Shown piece by piece: positions 1 through 9,816 of a DNA stretch of 64,000 nt. The notes under the pieces were generated by a model that was given only the letters and a program-made list of their open reading frames with translations, made no database searches and had not been told where the DNA came from. Made by a program: the position numbers and the translations under genes. Within the stretch, counting starts at the first letter, position 1. Every line of letters begins with the position of its first letter. The DNA lies in the sequence record MT939240.1; one strand, 5' to 3'. The DNA comes from Enterococcus phage 9181.

Positions 1-135
1 CCCTCAAAAGTAAAAGTAAAGAAGTTAAGTAGTGTGGGTAGCCTTCGCAAAAAGATATGGTTCAAGGCTGTTTAAGCTTGACAAAAACCCTTTCTTATGA
101 TAACATAAAAAGGTAATTAAAAAAGGAGGAAATAT

Positions 136-414
136 ATGATTGGTCACTATGTTAAGGTAATGTTAAAGAACGTCTCCAAGTTATTCTGGGGGTTCGTAGT
201 ACTAGGAGCAGCCGTTGAGCTAACTGTCGAAAAAGGGTATCTACATTTAATGGGAGTTGTATCCATAGCTTGTATTATTGGATTGATTGGGCAATTCATC
301 TATGTGTGCTTCCAGTACAACAAATTAAAGAAGCTTATGGTAAAAGAATTAAACGTTACACCTGAACGTGCTAAAGAGATTCTAAAAGAAGCTTACAAGG
401 AGGAAGAAGATTAA
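136..414 (+). CDS. small membrane protein (hypothetical)
   Basis: ATG at 136 preceded by AAAGGAGGA; two predicted TM helices; stop overlaps the next start (ATGccat). Confidence 0.4.
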   Translation: MIGHYVKVMLKNVSKLFWGFVVLGAAVELTVEKGYLHLMGVVSIACIIGLIGQFIYVCFQYNKLKKLMVKELNVTPERAKEILKEAYKEEED

Positions 415-1397
415 TGCCATTTTTCAAATACCCTTCACTAACAAATGAGTATGCAGTTGCCAAGTCCCGATCAATCCTGTCAAAGATGAATACCATCGCT
501 TACTCAACAGAAAAGATTCATGGATCAAATGTTCAATATGTGTTTGACGACCGTGATGATGTAGTTAACTTTGGAGCCTTCTCACGTAATGGTAAAAAGG
601 TGGGAGGTAAGGACGACAATGGCGAACACATCGTGGACACTCAGTTTAAGTTAGTAATGGATATTGCCTTTCAGATGGACTTACCAAACATTGCAAGTTC
701 CATCTTTACAGAGTTTAATCATGTGGATAGTATCAACATTTATGGAGAGTATTTTGGAAGTGGCGTTCAGAGAACACAGTATTTTATTAATGAACGTAAT
801 GAGCGTGGTTTCCAAGTATTTGACATCTTCTTGCATTACAAAGGAGACCCTCAGGAAGTCTATCGTTCAATGGGGCTATTAGAACTAATTGACTTTGTAG
901 GTCGTGACAAAATGGTTCCAATTGAGGACATTGTCTTCCTTTCAAACCTTATTGAAAAGGATATTGTTGAACGATCCCATTATGGAGGGGAACGTGAAGG
1001 TAACGTCTATAAGGAAATACATGGTTCTTGGATTGACCCTGTTACCAAGTATTGTGGCATTAAGCATAAACGACCTGAGTTCCTAGAAGTTTCCAAAGCA
1101 CCTAAGCAGCCTAAAGCTAAACTATCTGACGAGTTCTTAGAAGTTGTGGAAAGACTTTCTACTTACGTTACAGAGAACCGTGTCCGCAACATCCATTCAC
1201 ATGGTGACATTAAGTTTATCACAAAGAACATCGGAGCTATCATGCTTGAAGTTAAGAAAGACATCCTTAAGGAGTTTGAGGATAATGAAGAATCAATTCC
1301 TAATGTAGACCTAAGCAAAGCTATTAGAGCGTGTGACCGAGACATTGCCTTGGCTGTTAGGAAAGTCATTGCAGAGGTCGGAGACATGGAGGACTAA
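414..1397 (+). CDS. ATP-dependent RNA ligase, Rnl2-like nucleotidyltransferase
   Basis: Motif I EKIHGSN (T4 Rnl2 K-I-H-G-T-N), GEYFG, FDIF and EGNVYK motifs; 327 aa, similar in size to Rnl2. Confidence 0.6.
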   Translation: MPFFKYPSLTNEYAVAKSRSILSKMNTIAYSTEKIHGSNVQYVFDDRDDVVNFGAFSRNGKKVGGKDDNGEHIVDTQFKLVMDIAFQMDLPNIASSIFTEFNHVDSINIYGEYFGSGVQRTQYFINERNERGFQVFDIFLHYKGDPQEVYRSMGLLELIDFVGRDKMVPIEDIVFLSNLIEKDIVERSHYGGEREGNVYKEIHGSWIDPVTKYCGIKHKRPEFLEVSKAPKQPKAKLSDEFLEVVERLSTYVTENRVRNIHSHGDIKFITKNIGAIMLEVKKDILKEFEDNEESIPNVDLSKAIRACDRDIALAVRKVIAEVGDMED

Positions 1398-1398
1398 T

Positions 1399-1605
1399 AT
1401 GGAAATAAAAGCTTCTGTTAAAGACGTAGCATCGTGGGTTAAGAAAGAGGATGTTGAAGAGCTTGTAAAAGCCTTCGGTCTACTTGACCAACAAGAAGAA
1501 GAGAATATCTGTGAGTATTGTGGGCTTGAACACTTAGATCAATGGGAAGCTATGGACTGCTACAACTTCCATAACGACCCAGAATATGACCCTTGGGATA
1601 TTTAG
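1399..1605 (+). CDS. hypothetical small Cys/His-containing protein
   Basis: In-frame ATG at 1399 preceded by GGAGGA; the 1333 start of the ORF-track call overlaps the ligase and is probably not used. Confidence 0.35.
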   Translation: MEIKASVKDVASWVKKEDVEELVKAFGLLDQQEEENICEYCGLEHLDQWEAMDCYNFHNDPEYDPWDI

Positions 1606-1932
1606 GAGGACTAAATGAAATACGAATGTGAGATATCTCCCAGCTACGAAAGCCTTACAAGGTTTATGAATTTTTACGACATTGCACCAGAACAAATTAT
1701 CACTATTGGGTACGACCATAATAACGACTCGGTTAGCATGATTTATATTAAGGATGGGAGATAAGCTAGTGGAAAACATTTTATTAATTAGTATCGATGT
1801 TAAAACAGGCAAGGCACAGGGAGTGTGGAACGGAGAAGGCGAGACTTACGATTCTGTAGAAGAAACAAAAGAGCTGTTACAGACGCTTATTGAAGAGTTA
1901 CCGTTAAAGGATAAGGAGGAGTTGTTCGAATA

Positions 1933-2469
1933 ATGCAAGAACGTTGGTGCGGAGTTTTAGGGTTGGAAAAATACTATGAAGTTTCCGACCGTGGGAGAAT
2001 ACGAACGGTCACTAGAAGAGACTCTCGTGGTCAGTTACGCCCCTCTAAATTTCTTAAGCCTTCTGGGAGATACTTGGCAACTACTTGTAGTATAGATGGA
2101 GGAAAACATTTCAGACTGTATGTACACAAAGAAGTATTGAGAGCCTTTTGCGGAGAAAGACCTGATGGAATGTTCATCAACCACATCAACGGTAATAAAC
2201 ATGATAACCGATTGGATAACCTTGAATATGTTACTCCTAAAGAGAATAATGAACATGCTATGAGGAATGGTTTGACTAGTAAAAATTCCGTCGTAAAGAT
2301 AACTCAACTAGATACAGGAATAATTTCACACCACCTATCAAAGAGAAAGGCATCCAAGTTTCTCAAAAAATACCCGTCCTATATAGCTGAAATATCCAGA
2401 GGATTGTACAAAAACACTAATCTAATAATAGAGGAGATACCATATGACAATACACTGCGTTATATATAG
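1933..2469 (+). CDS. HNH homing endonuclease (NUMOD4-like N-terminus plus HNH_3 core)
   Basis: YEVSDRGRIRTV N-terminal motif; HKEV...HINGNKHDNRLDNLEYVT HNH motif with His/Asn residues. Confidence 0.7.
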   Translation: MQERWCGVLGLEKYYEVSDRGRIRTVTRRDSRGQLRPSKFLKPSGRYLATTCSIDGGKHFRLYVHKEVLRAFCGERPDGMFINHINGNKHDNRLDNLEYVTPKENNEHAMRNGLTSKNSVVKITQLDTGIISHHLSKRKASKFLKKYPSYIAEISRGLYKNTNLIIEEIPYDNTLRYI

Positions 2470-2905
2470 CCAACCTAATTGCATCAAATGTAAGATGACC
2501 TCAGAGAAGTTACAGAAGGTTATGCGAGTGAAACATGAACACCTTTTTGACAAGGGTAATGATGACTGGTCTCAACGTAAGATTGAGAAGTTCCGTGACC
2601 AAGGTTATGGATCATTTCCAGTGGTTAGAATCTACGAAGACGAAACTGGAAGACGCCTCGATGACTGGTGTGATTTCCGTCCAGACCTTATTCAAAAATA
2701 TTCTGCAATGGCTACAGAAGGTTTACCAGAAACAAAGCAGTTAAAAGAACATCGTGTTACAGTCACTGTCACTAAGGAAGTAAATATTATTGGAGACCCT
2801 GCTGAACCTAAACATGTTGCTGACATGGCGTTGAGTAAGTTAAAAGGTGACGGACTCAGTTGGAAAGTCCAGTCGGTAGAGGTAATTCCAGAACAAGTTA
2901 ATTAA
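2444..2905 (+). CDS. NrdH-like glutaredoxin/thioredoxin-fold protein with C-terminal extension
   Basis: N-terminal VIYSQPNCIKCK (CxxC redox motif in an NrdH-like context); 153 aa. Confidence 0.5.
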   Translation: MTIHCVIYSQPNCIKCKMTSEKLQKVMRVKHEHLFDKGNDDWSQRKIEKFRDQGYGSFPVVRIYEDETGRRLDDWCDFRPDLIQKYSAMATEGLPETKQLKEHRVTVTVTKEVNIIGDPAEPKHVADMALSKLKGDGLSWKVQSVEVIPEQVN

Positions 2906-2916
2906 TCTTTTAAATG

Positions 2917-2940
2917 GAGGCTTGACAAAGCCTCTTTTTT
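2917..2940 (+). terminator. intrinsic terminator hairpin (gaggct-tgacaa-agcctc followed by TTTTTT) whose loop carries the -35 of the next promoter
   Basis: Inverted repeat gaggct/agcctc followed by a T6 run, read directly from the sequence. Confidence 0.55.
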
Positions 2941-2950
2941 ATGCTATATT
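2922..2950 (+). promoter_or_regulatory. sigma-A-type promoter (TTGACA, 17-nt spacer, TATATT)
   Basis: Consensus -35 at 2922-2927 and -10 at 2945-2950. Confidence 0.6.
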
Positions 2951-2985
2951 ATAACAGTAGATTAACAAGGGACGGGGATGAATTA

Positions 2986-3759
2986 GTGAAGAAATCAGTT
3001 TTAAAAGACAAGCTTATAAAAATGACTGGCAAGTCTGCGGAGGAGATCGAACCTCTGATTACACACATATATGTACAACTCTTCGGAGTCTCTGGAAACG
3101 GAGGTAAATTCGGGGAGGCACACATTCCACGAGAGTTCTCGGACTACTTTTTAGAAAACTCTCCTGTAGCACAAAAGCAAGGAGACATTTACAGAACTTT
3201 AACAAGGTATGTCGAGACCTTCAAGAGATACTACAACCCAAAAGATGGTGACCAACCAATCTGTAATATTTATCTATGGAGCAATGAAAAAGGAAATGGT
3301 AAATCAACTACGGCAGCGGCATTACTAAATGAGTTTATGATTATGGGGTGGAAAGCCTCCGTATCACTTTCTCGTAGTTGGGATAAACCACCAGCATTCT
3401 TCTTGGATGTGAATGAATTACAAGCACTTTATAATAAGTTTACAAGAAATGGGATTGCTCAAGAGATTGCAGAAGAAGCTTCCCGTGAGTATTACAGATT
3501 GATTGACAAAGCTACAGTAGCACCACTTGTAGTATTCGATGATATCGGCGTAAGATCAGCAACAGAAGCTTTTCGTGGAGACATACATACCATCATTAAT
3601 AAGCGTATGGTAGACGGATTGACTAGTATTTACACCTCAAACTTTCCATTGAAATACATGGCTGAGCTGTTTGATGAACGTATTTATGACCGTATTCACG
3701 CAAACTGCATAGACATCAATTTCAAAGGACAAAGCATGAGAGGAGTGAATGCTAAGTGA
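2986..3759 (+). CDS. DnaC/IstB-like AAA+ helicase loader
   Basis: Walker A GNGKST, Walker B VVFDDIG; GTG start at 2986 after AAGGGACGGGG; the ORF-track start at 2941 overlaps the promoter -10. Confidence 0.5.
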   Translation: MKKSVLKDKLIKMTGKSAEEIEPLITHIYVQLFGVSGNGGKFGEAHIPREFSDYFLENSPVAQKQGDIYRTLTRYVETFKRYYNPKDGDQPICNIYLWSNEKGNGKSTTAAALLNEFMIMGWKASVSLSRSWDKPPAFFLDVNELQALYNKFTRNGIAQEIAEEASREYYRLIDKATVAPLVVFDDIGVRSATEAFRGDIHTIINKRMVDGLTSIYTSNFPLKYMAELFDERIYDRIHANCIDINFKGQSMRGVNAK

Positions 3760-5129
3760 GTAAAGCTACAATCACAGGAGAACTATTTCTATCAAAGGTT
3801 ATTAATGATAACGATGTAACAGCTCTTAACCGGCACGGCATCACTCGTGAACACTTCCAAACATCAACCGAGCAGAAAGCCTACGACTTCATAATTGACT
3901 ACGCTCGTTCCAACGAAGGGAATTCACCTAGTTATCAAGCACTACTTGAAAGAGTACCAGAGTTTGCATATCAAGCTTCTACAGAAGATTCATTCAAGTG
4001 GTTGGGAGAAAACATCAAGAAAGCAAAACTAAACCTTGCATTTACAAGCTTCTTTAATGGAGACGCATTTAATAAATTGTGGGCAGACTCTATCAAGGAG
4101 AACAATCCCCAAGGGTTTGCAGATGATGTAATCGCCGCTATCACTCATATTAAGAACGATAACCGAATCAGCGGTAAGACAGGGCATTTGTTATCAGACG
4201 CCCCAGAGTGGTATGCTCCAGAATACTACGACCGCAAAGAAGGAAATATTATCAAGTTCTGGAACAGTCATTTCAAAGGATTGGACGAGCTTCTTGGAGG
4301 AGGCTACCAAGGTGGTAACATGTACACTTGGTTTGCACGTTCAGGGCGTGGTAAATCTATTGTAACCATGGTAGAGGCGTTGTCAGCAGCTATTCAGGGA
4401 GCTAACGTTCTTATGTGGGTATTAGAAATGCCTAAGTACGAGTGGGCTTCACGGGCGTTCGCATTCCTATCTGCCCAAGAAGAAGTTAAACGTTCGGTTA
4501 TTGACGGCGTAGATTACCTTGGGGGATATAATGTCCAAGAACTTACAAAAGGTCAGTTGGACTACAACGAAGAAATGGACTTTATGACGTTTATCCAAAC
4601 ACTTAATGACAAGATTTCAGGATCGGTTACTATCAAAGCTGTGGATGACGAAGACTTTATCAAGCGTGACGTACGCCAGTTAGAACGAGACATTGTGGAA
4701 ACTGATGCAAACGTCGTTGTAGTTGACCCATTTTACTATATGAGTTACTCTAAGAATACCTCTCAGACAGCAGGGGGAGACGCTGCCAACACTTCTAAGG
4801 AATTACGTGGTCTTGCAGGGCGTACTAAAGTCGTTCTACATGTAATTACACAGGCTGACGAGGACAGCACAGAGAAACAAGGAGACGAACGGGAGTTGAA
4901 ATTGCCTTCACGTTCAGAGGTTAAGAAGACTAAGCAAGTACTTGAGGATGCTTCTTACTTACTCTCTTTCGATAGTTGTGACGGGCGCTTCGCATTAGGA
5001 GTTAAGAAAGGTCGTTCTGGTGGGGAAGGAGAAGAGATTCAAGGTATCTTCCTCCCTGCTATTGGATATATTAAAGAGTCTAACGACGCCATTGTCAAAG
5101 AATTGTTTGATAATAGCATTGAATTTTAA
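3756..5129 (+). CDS. DnaB-like replicative DNA helicase
   Basis: Walker A ARSGRGKS, typical DnaB C-terminal RecA-like domain layout, 457 aa, directly follows the loader. Confidence 0.75.
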   Translation: MSKATITGELFLSKVINDNDVTALNRHGITREHFQTSTEQKAYDFIIDYARSNEGNSPSYQALLERVPEFAYQASTEDSFKWLGENIKKAKLNLAFTSFFNGDAFNKLWADSIKENNPQGFADDVIAAITHIKNDNRISGKTGHLLSDAPEWYAPEYYDRKEGNIIKFWNSHFKGLDELLGGGYQGGNMYTWFARSGRGKSIVTMVEALSAAIQGANVLMWVLEMPKYEWASRAFAFLSAQEEVKRSVIDGVDYLGGYNVQELTKGQLDYNEEMDFMTFIQTLNDKISGSVTIKAVDDEDFIKRDVRQLERDIVETDANVVVVDPFYYMSYSKNTSQTAGGDAANTSKELRGLAGRTKVVLHVITQADEDSTEKQGDERELKLPSRSEVKKTKQVLEDASYLLSFDSCDGRFALGVKKGRSGGEGEEIQGIFLPAIGYIKESNDAIVKELFDNSIEF

Positions 5130-5139
5130 GGAGGGCACT

Positions 5140-5937
5140 ATGGAAAAGAGCTTAAAGGATTTGAAAGTTGGAGATTACGTTCAGTGCCGTAGAAACATCA
5201 GAAAGTTTGTGAGTGGAGAGCTGTACATGGTTCAAAAGTCTTCCCAAGGGTATCTCAAAGTTACTTCTGGAATGACCCATGAGGCATACGAGAAAATGGA
5301 TCACACTATGTATTTAGTAACCCCATTAGGAGGTCTATGTAGTATTTTCGAAGAACCCATGGAAAAGTACTTCGAATATCATAGCTTCAAACCTAAGTTT
5401 AAGGTTGGAGATGTAGCAGAACTTATAGCTGACGACTGTAATATGACAGCGGAAGGCAATATACTCTATAAGTACGCAGGAGACACAGGAGTAGTTGCCA
5501 AAGTTACTAGAGTTTTTGGTACTCTGGTTTATGTAGAATGGGAAGATGGATTTAAGGTCTACGAAACCAACTTAAAACTCCATGTGTCAACATCCAATAA
5601 AGAGGAGGAAACAGACATGAATAAATTTAAGGTAGGAGACAAGGTAGTATTAGATGGAGAAAGGTGGTCTTGCTTTAAAAACAAACCTTTTTACACGGTA
5701 ACAGAAGCTACATCTGACGGTCGGATTAGACTATTGGATGATGACATGGACGATTATTTCTGGGATGATATTGAGTTTAAATTTTACAAAGTTCCAGTTA
5801 CGGAAGGTGTAGAAATGGCTGAGCACCTTAGAGAAGTTTTGGACGATATGTCTCGACACTATGATGGGAATCACGAAAAGATCATGGTAGGGTTCGCAGG
5901 ATACTTAGCAGGAATCATTAAGGGGGCTGAATTATGA
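5140..5937 (+). CDS. hypothetical protein with three SH3/KOW-like FKVGD repeats
   Basis: ATG at 5140 after AAGGAGGG; repeated LKVGDYV / FKVGDVA / FKVGDKV modules. Confidence 0.5.
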   Translation: MEKSLKDLKVGDYVQCRRNIRKFVSGELYMVQKSSQGYLKVTSGMTHEAYEKMDHTMYLVTPLGGLCSIFEEPMEKYFEYHSFKPKFKVGDVAELIADDCNMTAEGNILYKYAGDTGVVAKVTRVFGTLVYVEWEDGFKVYETNLKLHVSTSNKEEETDMNKFKVGDKVVLDGERWSCFKNKPFYTVTEATSDGRIRLLDDDMDDYFWDDIEFKFYKVPVTEGVEMAEHLREVLDDMSRHYDGNHEKIMVGFAGYLAGIIKGAEL

Positions 5938-6494
5938 GTAAAAAAGAAAGAACTTTAGCAAATTTATCAAACGGTGGAATTATCCGTTGCATCAGTCCTA
6001 TAAGAGGATTTAAAGAAGATTTATTATACAGAGCTAAAGACGAATCAGGCTGGCTTGTAACAAACTATGACAAGATGCAAGACCTTACCTTAGTTACACC
6101 AGATGGAGAGGTAGGTACTGTAGGTGGGGTGCTTCTCTCAAAATATTTTGAACCTTATGAGTTTCAAGCAGATGATTTAGTCATACTAGAGAAACTTTTC
6201 AAAGATATTAAAGTATCGTCAGGACACCTATTGGATCAAGAATGCTACAAAGTATCATGTGTTGATACGTCGGGAGTTGTGATTATTGAGGATACAAATA
6301 ATAACGTCTGTGGTGTAAGCAAGACTTGTCTAGCACACTATGACGGAACCCAGAAAGCATTACGTGATCCTGAATATTATTGTGAACTTGCACGGCTGTA
6401 CAATAACTTAGCTATCAACCTTAAGACAGCCCACGAAGCATCGCTTAAAATTGAGGATATTCGCAAATCCATAGACGAACACCTAACTAAATAA
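5934..6494 (+). CDS. hypothetical protein
   Basis: ATGA overlap with the upstream gene; 186 aa ORF with coding-like composition. Confidence 0.45.
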   Translation: MSKKERTLANLSNGGIIRCISPIRGFKEDLLYRAKDESGWLVTNYDKMQDLTLVTPDGEVGTVGGVLLSKYFEPYEFQADDLVILEKLFKDIKVSSGHLLDQECYKVSCVDTSGVVIIEDTNNNVCGVSKTCLAHYDGTQKALRDPEYYCELARLYNNLAINLKTAHEASLKIEDIRKSIDEHLTK

Positions 6495-6499
6495 ATCCC

Positions 6500-6530
6500 A
6501 AGAAACCCTTGACAATTTCAGGGGTTTTTT
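6500..6530 (+). terminator. intrinsic terminator (ccct...aggg hairpin plus T-run) overlapping the promoter -35
   Basis: aaaCCCTtgacaatttcAGGGGtttttt. Confidence 0.55.
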
Positions 6531-6538
6531 GATATACT
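6509..6538 (+). promoter_or_regulatory. sigma-A-type promoter (TTGACA, 18-nt spacer, TATACT)
   Basis: -35 at 6509-6514 and -10 at 6533-6538. Confidence 0.6.
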
Positions 6539-6575
6539 TATATTATCAAATGAGACACATGAAAGAGGTTAAATA

Positions 6576-7130
6576 ATGGCAAAAGAGAAAGCCCCTAAAT
6601 TTAAAGAAATCGAATATTATTCAAGCATAGATGTATCAGTAAATCCATTCGTTGAGATCGGTGATTTGATAGAAGATCATAACTGGGAGTTTGAATTAAA
6701 CCGTGAGACAGGCGACTTCACAAAGGTTCCTACAAAGGTTCAGTACCTACAATGTAAAGGGTGTGAGTCTTGCAAACGTATTAAAAAATTGGGTAAGGTT
6801 ATCCATGATTGGAAGGTCGCTAAGATCATTACTAAACCTTTCGAAGAGTGGACTAGAAAAGAAGTCTTGTGGCTACTGTCACAGCGTTACTCATTACGTG
6901 ACATGTCGTTGATTACAGAATATGCAAACGTTCCTACCTTTTTGGAGGACGTTAAAGATAAGTTTGACGGCGTTGATGGGCTGAAAGCAATCTTCTTTTA
7001 CAACATTCCTATCAGCATTGCTAAGCATATTAAGCGTATAGATGAGGAGGTTTTTGACAAACTTAAAGAAGAGTACGATGAAGAGTATGTAAGCGAACCA
7101 ATTAAATTCTCTGAAAAGGTGGCTAGATAA
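6576..7130 (+). CDS. hypothetical protein (Cys cluster CKGCESC)
   Basis: GAAAGAGG RBS; 184 aa. Confidence 0.45.
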   Translation: MAKEKAPKFKEIEYYSSIDVSVNPFVEIGDLIEDHNWEFELNRETGDFTKVPTKVQYLQCKGCESCKRIKKLGKVIHDWKVAKIITKPFEEWTRKEVLWLLSQRYSLRDMSLITEYANVPTFLEDVKDKFDGVDGLKAIFFYNIPISIAKHIKRIDEEVFDKLKEEYDEEYVSEPIKFSEKVAR

Positions 7131-9751
7131 TGCTTAAGGTTAACCTATCACTTGGAGACGAGTCTAAAGTAGACCCTCATGAAGCGATTGCAAAGGCGAC
7201 AAAAGCTAAACAAATACCAACTATCGAAGAATCATGGGAAAAGATTCTAGGAATGAAGAACTCTAAGAAAGACTTAGAACGCCTGAATACCGTTAAGGAG
7301 CAGATGGAACTAGGTAATTTAGGGCGTGAGGAAGACAAGTTACATAAGGCTTTCTCGAAAGCCGAAGCACTACGTCTTTATAAACGCTACCAAGAGTCCA
7401 TGCGTGAACAACGCTTAAAGGAAATGTTCACTAAGGACTTAGATAAGTACCCATTACTAACAGACATTGACCTGATTAACGACTATGTATATAAGGCTAC
7501 ACACGCTGATGGTATTCCATTACTTAACGCCGATCATATGGTTTCTCTCGATACCGAGACGGTTGGTAATGACGGTGGTGTTGACAAGTACCGTGAAAAG
7601 ATAGCAGGGTGGTCACTAACCTTTTACAAAAATGGTGTTGAATACAATGGTTACATTCCAATTGAACACTATCAGGAAGTTGAACCAGAGGTGTGGGAAC
7701 TAGACCCACGTTGTGTAGACTATGATAAAGCCATTGGAGCTCTTTCTAGCATCCTTATCTCAGGTGTGGATACAGTCTGGCACAACGCCACATTTGACTT
7801 GGGTTTAATCTATGCTTTAACAGGAGTTGAACCTAAAGGAACCGTTCATGACACGCTTATTATTATGCACTTATTGAAAGAAGACTTGATGTCGTACGCT
7901 TTGAAAACACTGGCAACACAGTACCTGAACATCCCATCAGACACCTTCTCTGAAATGTTTGGTAAGAACGCCAAGTCCGCATACATTCCACTAGATGCCT
8001 TCCGTTGGTACGCTTCTAAAGATACTTGGGTTGGTTACAAGCTATTAGAATGGCAAGTTAAAATACTTTCTAAACCTCAATTCAGCAATATATTGAAGGC
8101 TTATTTACACATTGAAGCACCATGTATTAAGACCACTTTCCACACCGAGCGAACAGGGTTCGTAATGGACATGGAAGAAGTAGAACGACAACACGAGGAA
8201 AGTGTAGAACGTATCGCTGAATTAGAAAAGCGTTTAGCAGATCGTTTTGGAGACGTTAACTTCGGTTCCCCAGCACAGTTACAAAAGATGCTTTACTTTG
8301 ACAACGACTGGAGTCAATATGTTACCAAGGATCACAAGAGTATTTTAGATGGTCATGAAAGCTTTGATGAATGGGGTATTAGTAATAATGGTAAGTTCGC
8401 AATGACTAACTCAGGAAGCATTATACTTGACCCTGTAGTTGTTACTACGAACGAAGCGCTTGACTACCAAGGTAAAATTACTACCAAGACACTTGTCAAG
8501 CCTAAAAATAGCCAGTTAAAACTATCTGCTGACTCAGACGCTTTAAAAGCTATTGCAAAACATGCCCCAGAGCTTAGGGACTTGCTTGAACTTAAGGACT
8601 TGACTAAGCATTTAACATCATTTGTAGAGAAGATTCCAACCATGGTTTCTCCTGATGGACGATTACATGGAGACTTTAAACAAAGTAGCACTGTAACTCT
8701 TCGATACACTGCAAGCAATCCTAATTTACAACAGCAACCATACAAGGCTCGCTTAATGTTTACGGCACCAGAAGGGCAACTTATCCTAAGTGCCGATTTC
8801 TCGCAACAAGAACCTCGTCTAGCCACTCATATGAGTAATTGTAAGGCGTTGGCAGAACTTTACCGAGACGCACGTGACTTGTACTCGGAGACAGCCTCTT
8901 CAATCTTTAACAAGCCTCTCGAAGAGTGTGGGGATGGCTCCATTTACCGTAAGCAAACAAAAGTCGTTGTACTTGCCGTTTTATATGGAATGTCACACTT
9001 CACTCTAGCAGGTATCCTAGGCATTTCTAATGATGAAGGCAAAGAGTTGATAGACAACTTCTATAAGACGTATCCAGAGCTACATAAATGGATTAAGAAC
9101 AACGAGAAGGAAGTAGCTAAGCAGAAGTACGTTGAGACACCTTGGGGTACTCGTAGACGTTTTACTGATGTTAACTTTAACCTTCCTAAGAAGCCTTGGG
9201 GAGCTATGACAGAAGAAGATCGAAGAGCACGTTCAAACATCAACAGAGCCCTTCGCCAAGCTACTAATGCAAAGGTTCAGACCGCCGCTGCTATGCAAAC
9301 TAAACAAGTTATGGTGGCTGCTGATAATCTTTTAGAAGAGCTTAATAAAGCACGTGGCAAAGAGGTATTCCAATTCCTCGCCTTGGTGCATGATGAGATT
9401 CTGTACCTTGTTCCAGAAGATGTCACCAAAGATGAGGTAGAGTCTATTCGTGATGTAATGATAAATACCGTCAAACTGATTGTTCCATCTAAGACTGATA
9501 TGGCTTTGGGTAAATGTTGGGGAACACTTCAAGAGATAGATTACATTGACCAAGACGTTTACTTGGTAGGTAGCACAAAAGCCAACCAGAAGACTGAGTG
9601 GACAGAAGGTATTGGGGAAGTAGTTAGTTGGAAGAAACTTTCTAGCCACCAACAAGGAGCCGTTTACGTTGATGGTAATGACACTGGTCTACGCCTTTCA
9701 GAAAAGGAATGGGCAAACTTCATTTCAAAAGTTTATAGCAAGAAAAAATAA
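7130..9751 (+). CDS. polA: DNA polymerase I-like (family A) with 3'-5' proofreading exonuclease domain
   Basis: Exo I LDTETVG; pol motif A LSADFSQQEPR, motif B RKQTKVVVLAVLYG, motif C LVHDEIL; 873 aa. Confidence 0.9.
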   Translation: MLKVNLSLGDESKVDPHEAIAKATKAKQIPTIEESWEKILGMKNSKKDLERLNTVKEQMELGNLGREEDKLHKAFSKAEALRLYKRYQESMREQRLKEMFTKDLDKYPLLTDIDLINDYVYKATHADGIPLLNADHMVSLDTETVGNDGGVDKYREKIAGWSLTFYKNGVEYNGYIPIEHYQEVEPEVWELDPRCVDYDKAIGALSSILISGVDTVWHNATFDLGLIYALTGVEPKGTVHDTLIIMHLLKEDLMSYALKTLATQYLNIPSDTFSEMFGKNAKSAYIPLDAFRWYASKDTWVGYKLLEWQVKILSKPQFSNILKAYLHIEAPCIKTTFHTERTGFVMDMEEVERQHEESVERIAELEKRLADRFGDVNFGSPAQLQKMLYFDNDWSQYVTKDHKSILDGHESFDEWGISNNGKFAMTNSGSIILDPVVVTTNEALDYQGKITTKTLVKPKNSQLKLSADSDALKAIAKHAPELRDLLELKDLTKHLTSFVEKIPTMVSPDGRLHGDFKQSSTVTLRYTASNPNLQQQPYKARLMFTAPEGQLILSADFSQQEPRLATHMSNCKALAELYRDARDLYSETASSIFNKPLEECGDGSIYRKQTKVVVLAVLYGMSHFTLAGILGISNDEGKELIDNFYKTYPELHKWIKNNEKEVAKQKYVETPWGTRRRFTDVNFNLPKKPWGAMTEEDRRARSNINRALRQATNAKVQTAAAMQTKQVMVAADNLLEELNKARGKEVFQFLALVHDEILYLVPEDVTKDEVESIRDVMINTVKLIVPSKTDMALGKCWGTLQEIDYIDQDVYLVGSTKANQKTEWTEGIGEVVSWKKLSSHQQGAVYVDGNDTGLRLSEKEWANFISKVYSKKK

Positions 9752-9755
9752 GGGG

Positions 9756-9785
9756 TTGACAATATACCCCTTCCCATGCTATATT
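9756..9785 (+). promoter_or_regulatory. sigma-A-type promoter (TTGACA, 18-nt spacer, TATATT) inside a gggg/cccc hairpin
   Basis: -35 at 9756-9761 and -10 at 9780-9785. Confidence 0.55.
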
Positions 9786-9816
9786 AAATTAGTAATCAAA
9801 ACTAAGGAGGTTTCAC

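Noticed and set aside
1163-1387. Minus-strand 74-aa ORF inside the RNA ligase gene, and similar small antisense ORFs (664..882, 904..1086, 2035..2307 and others)
   Set aside because: Embedded in confidently called sense genes, without an RBS. They are treated as frame noise.
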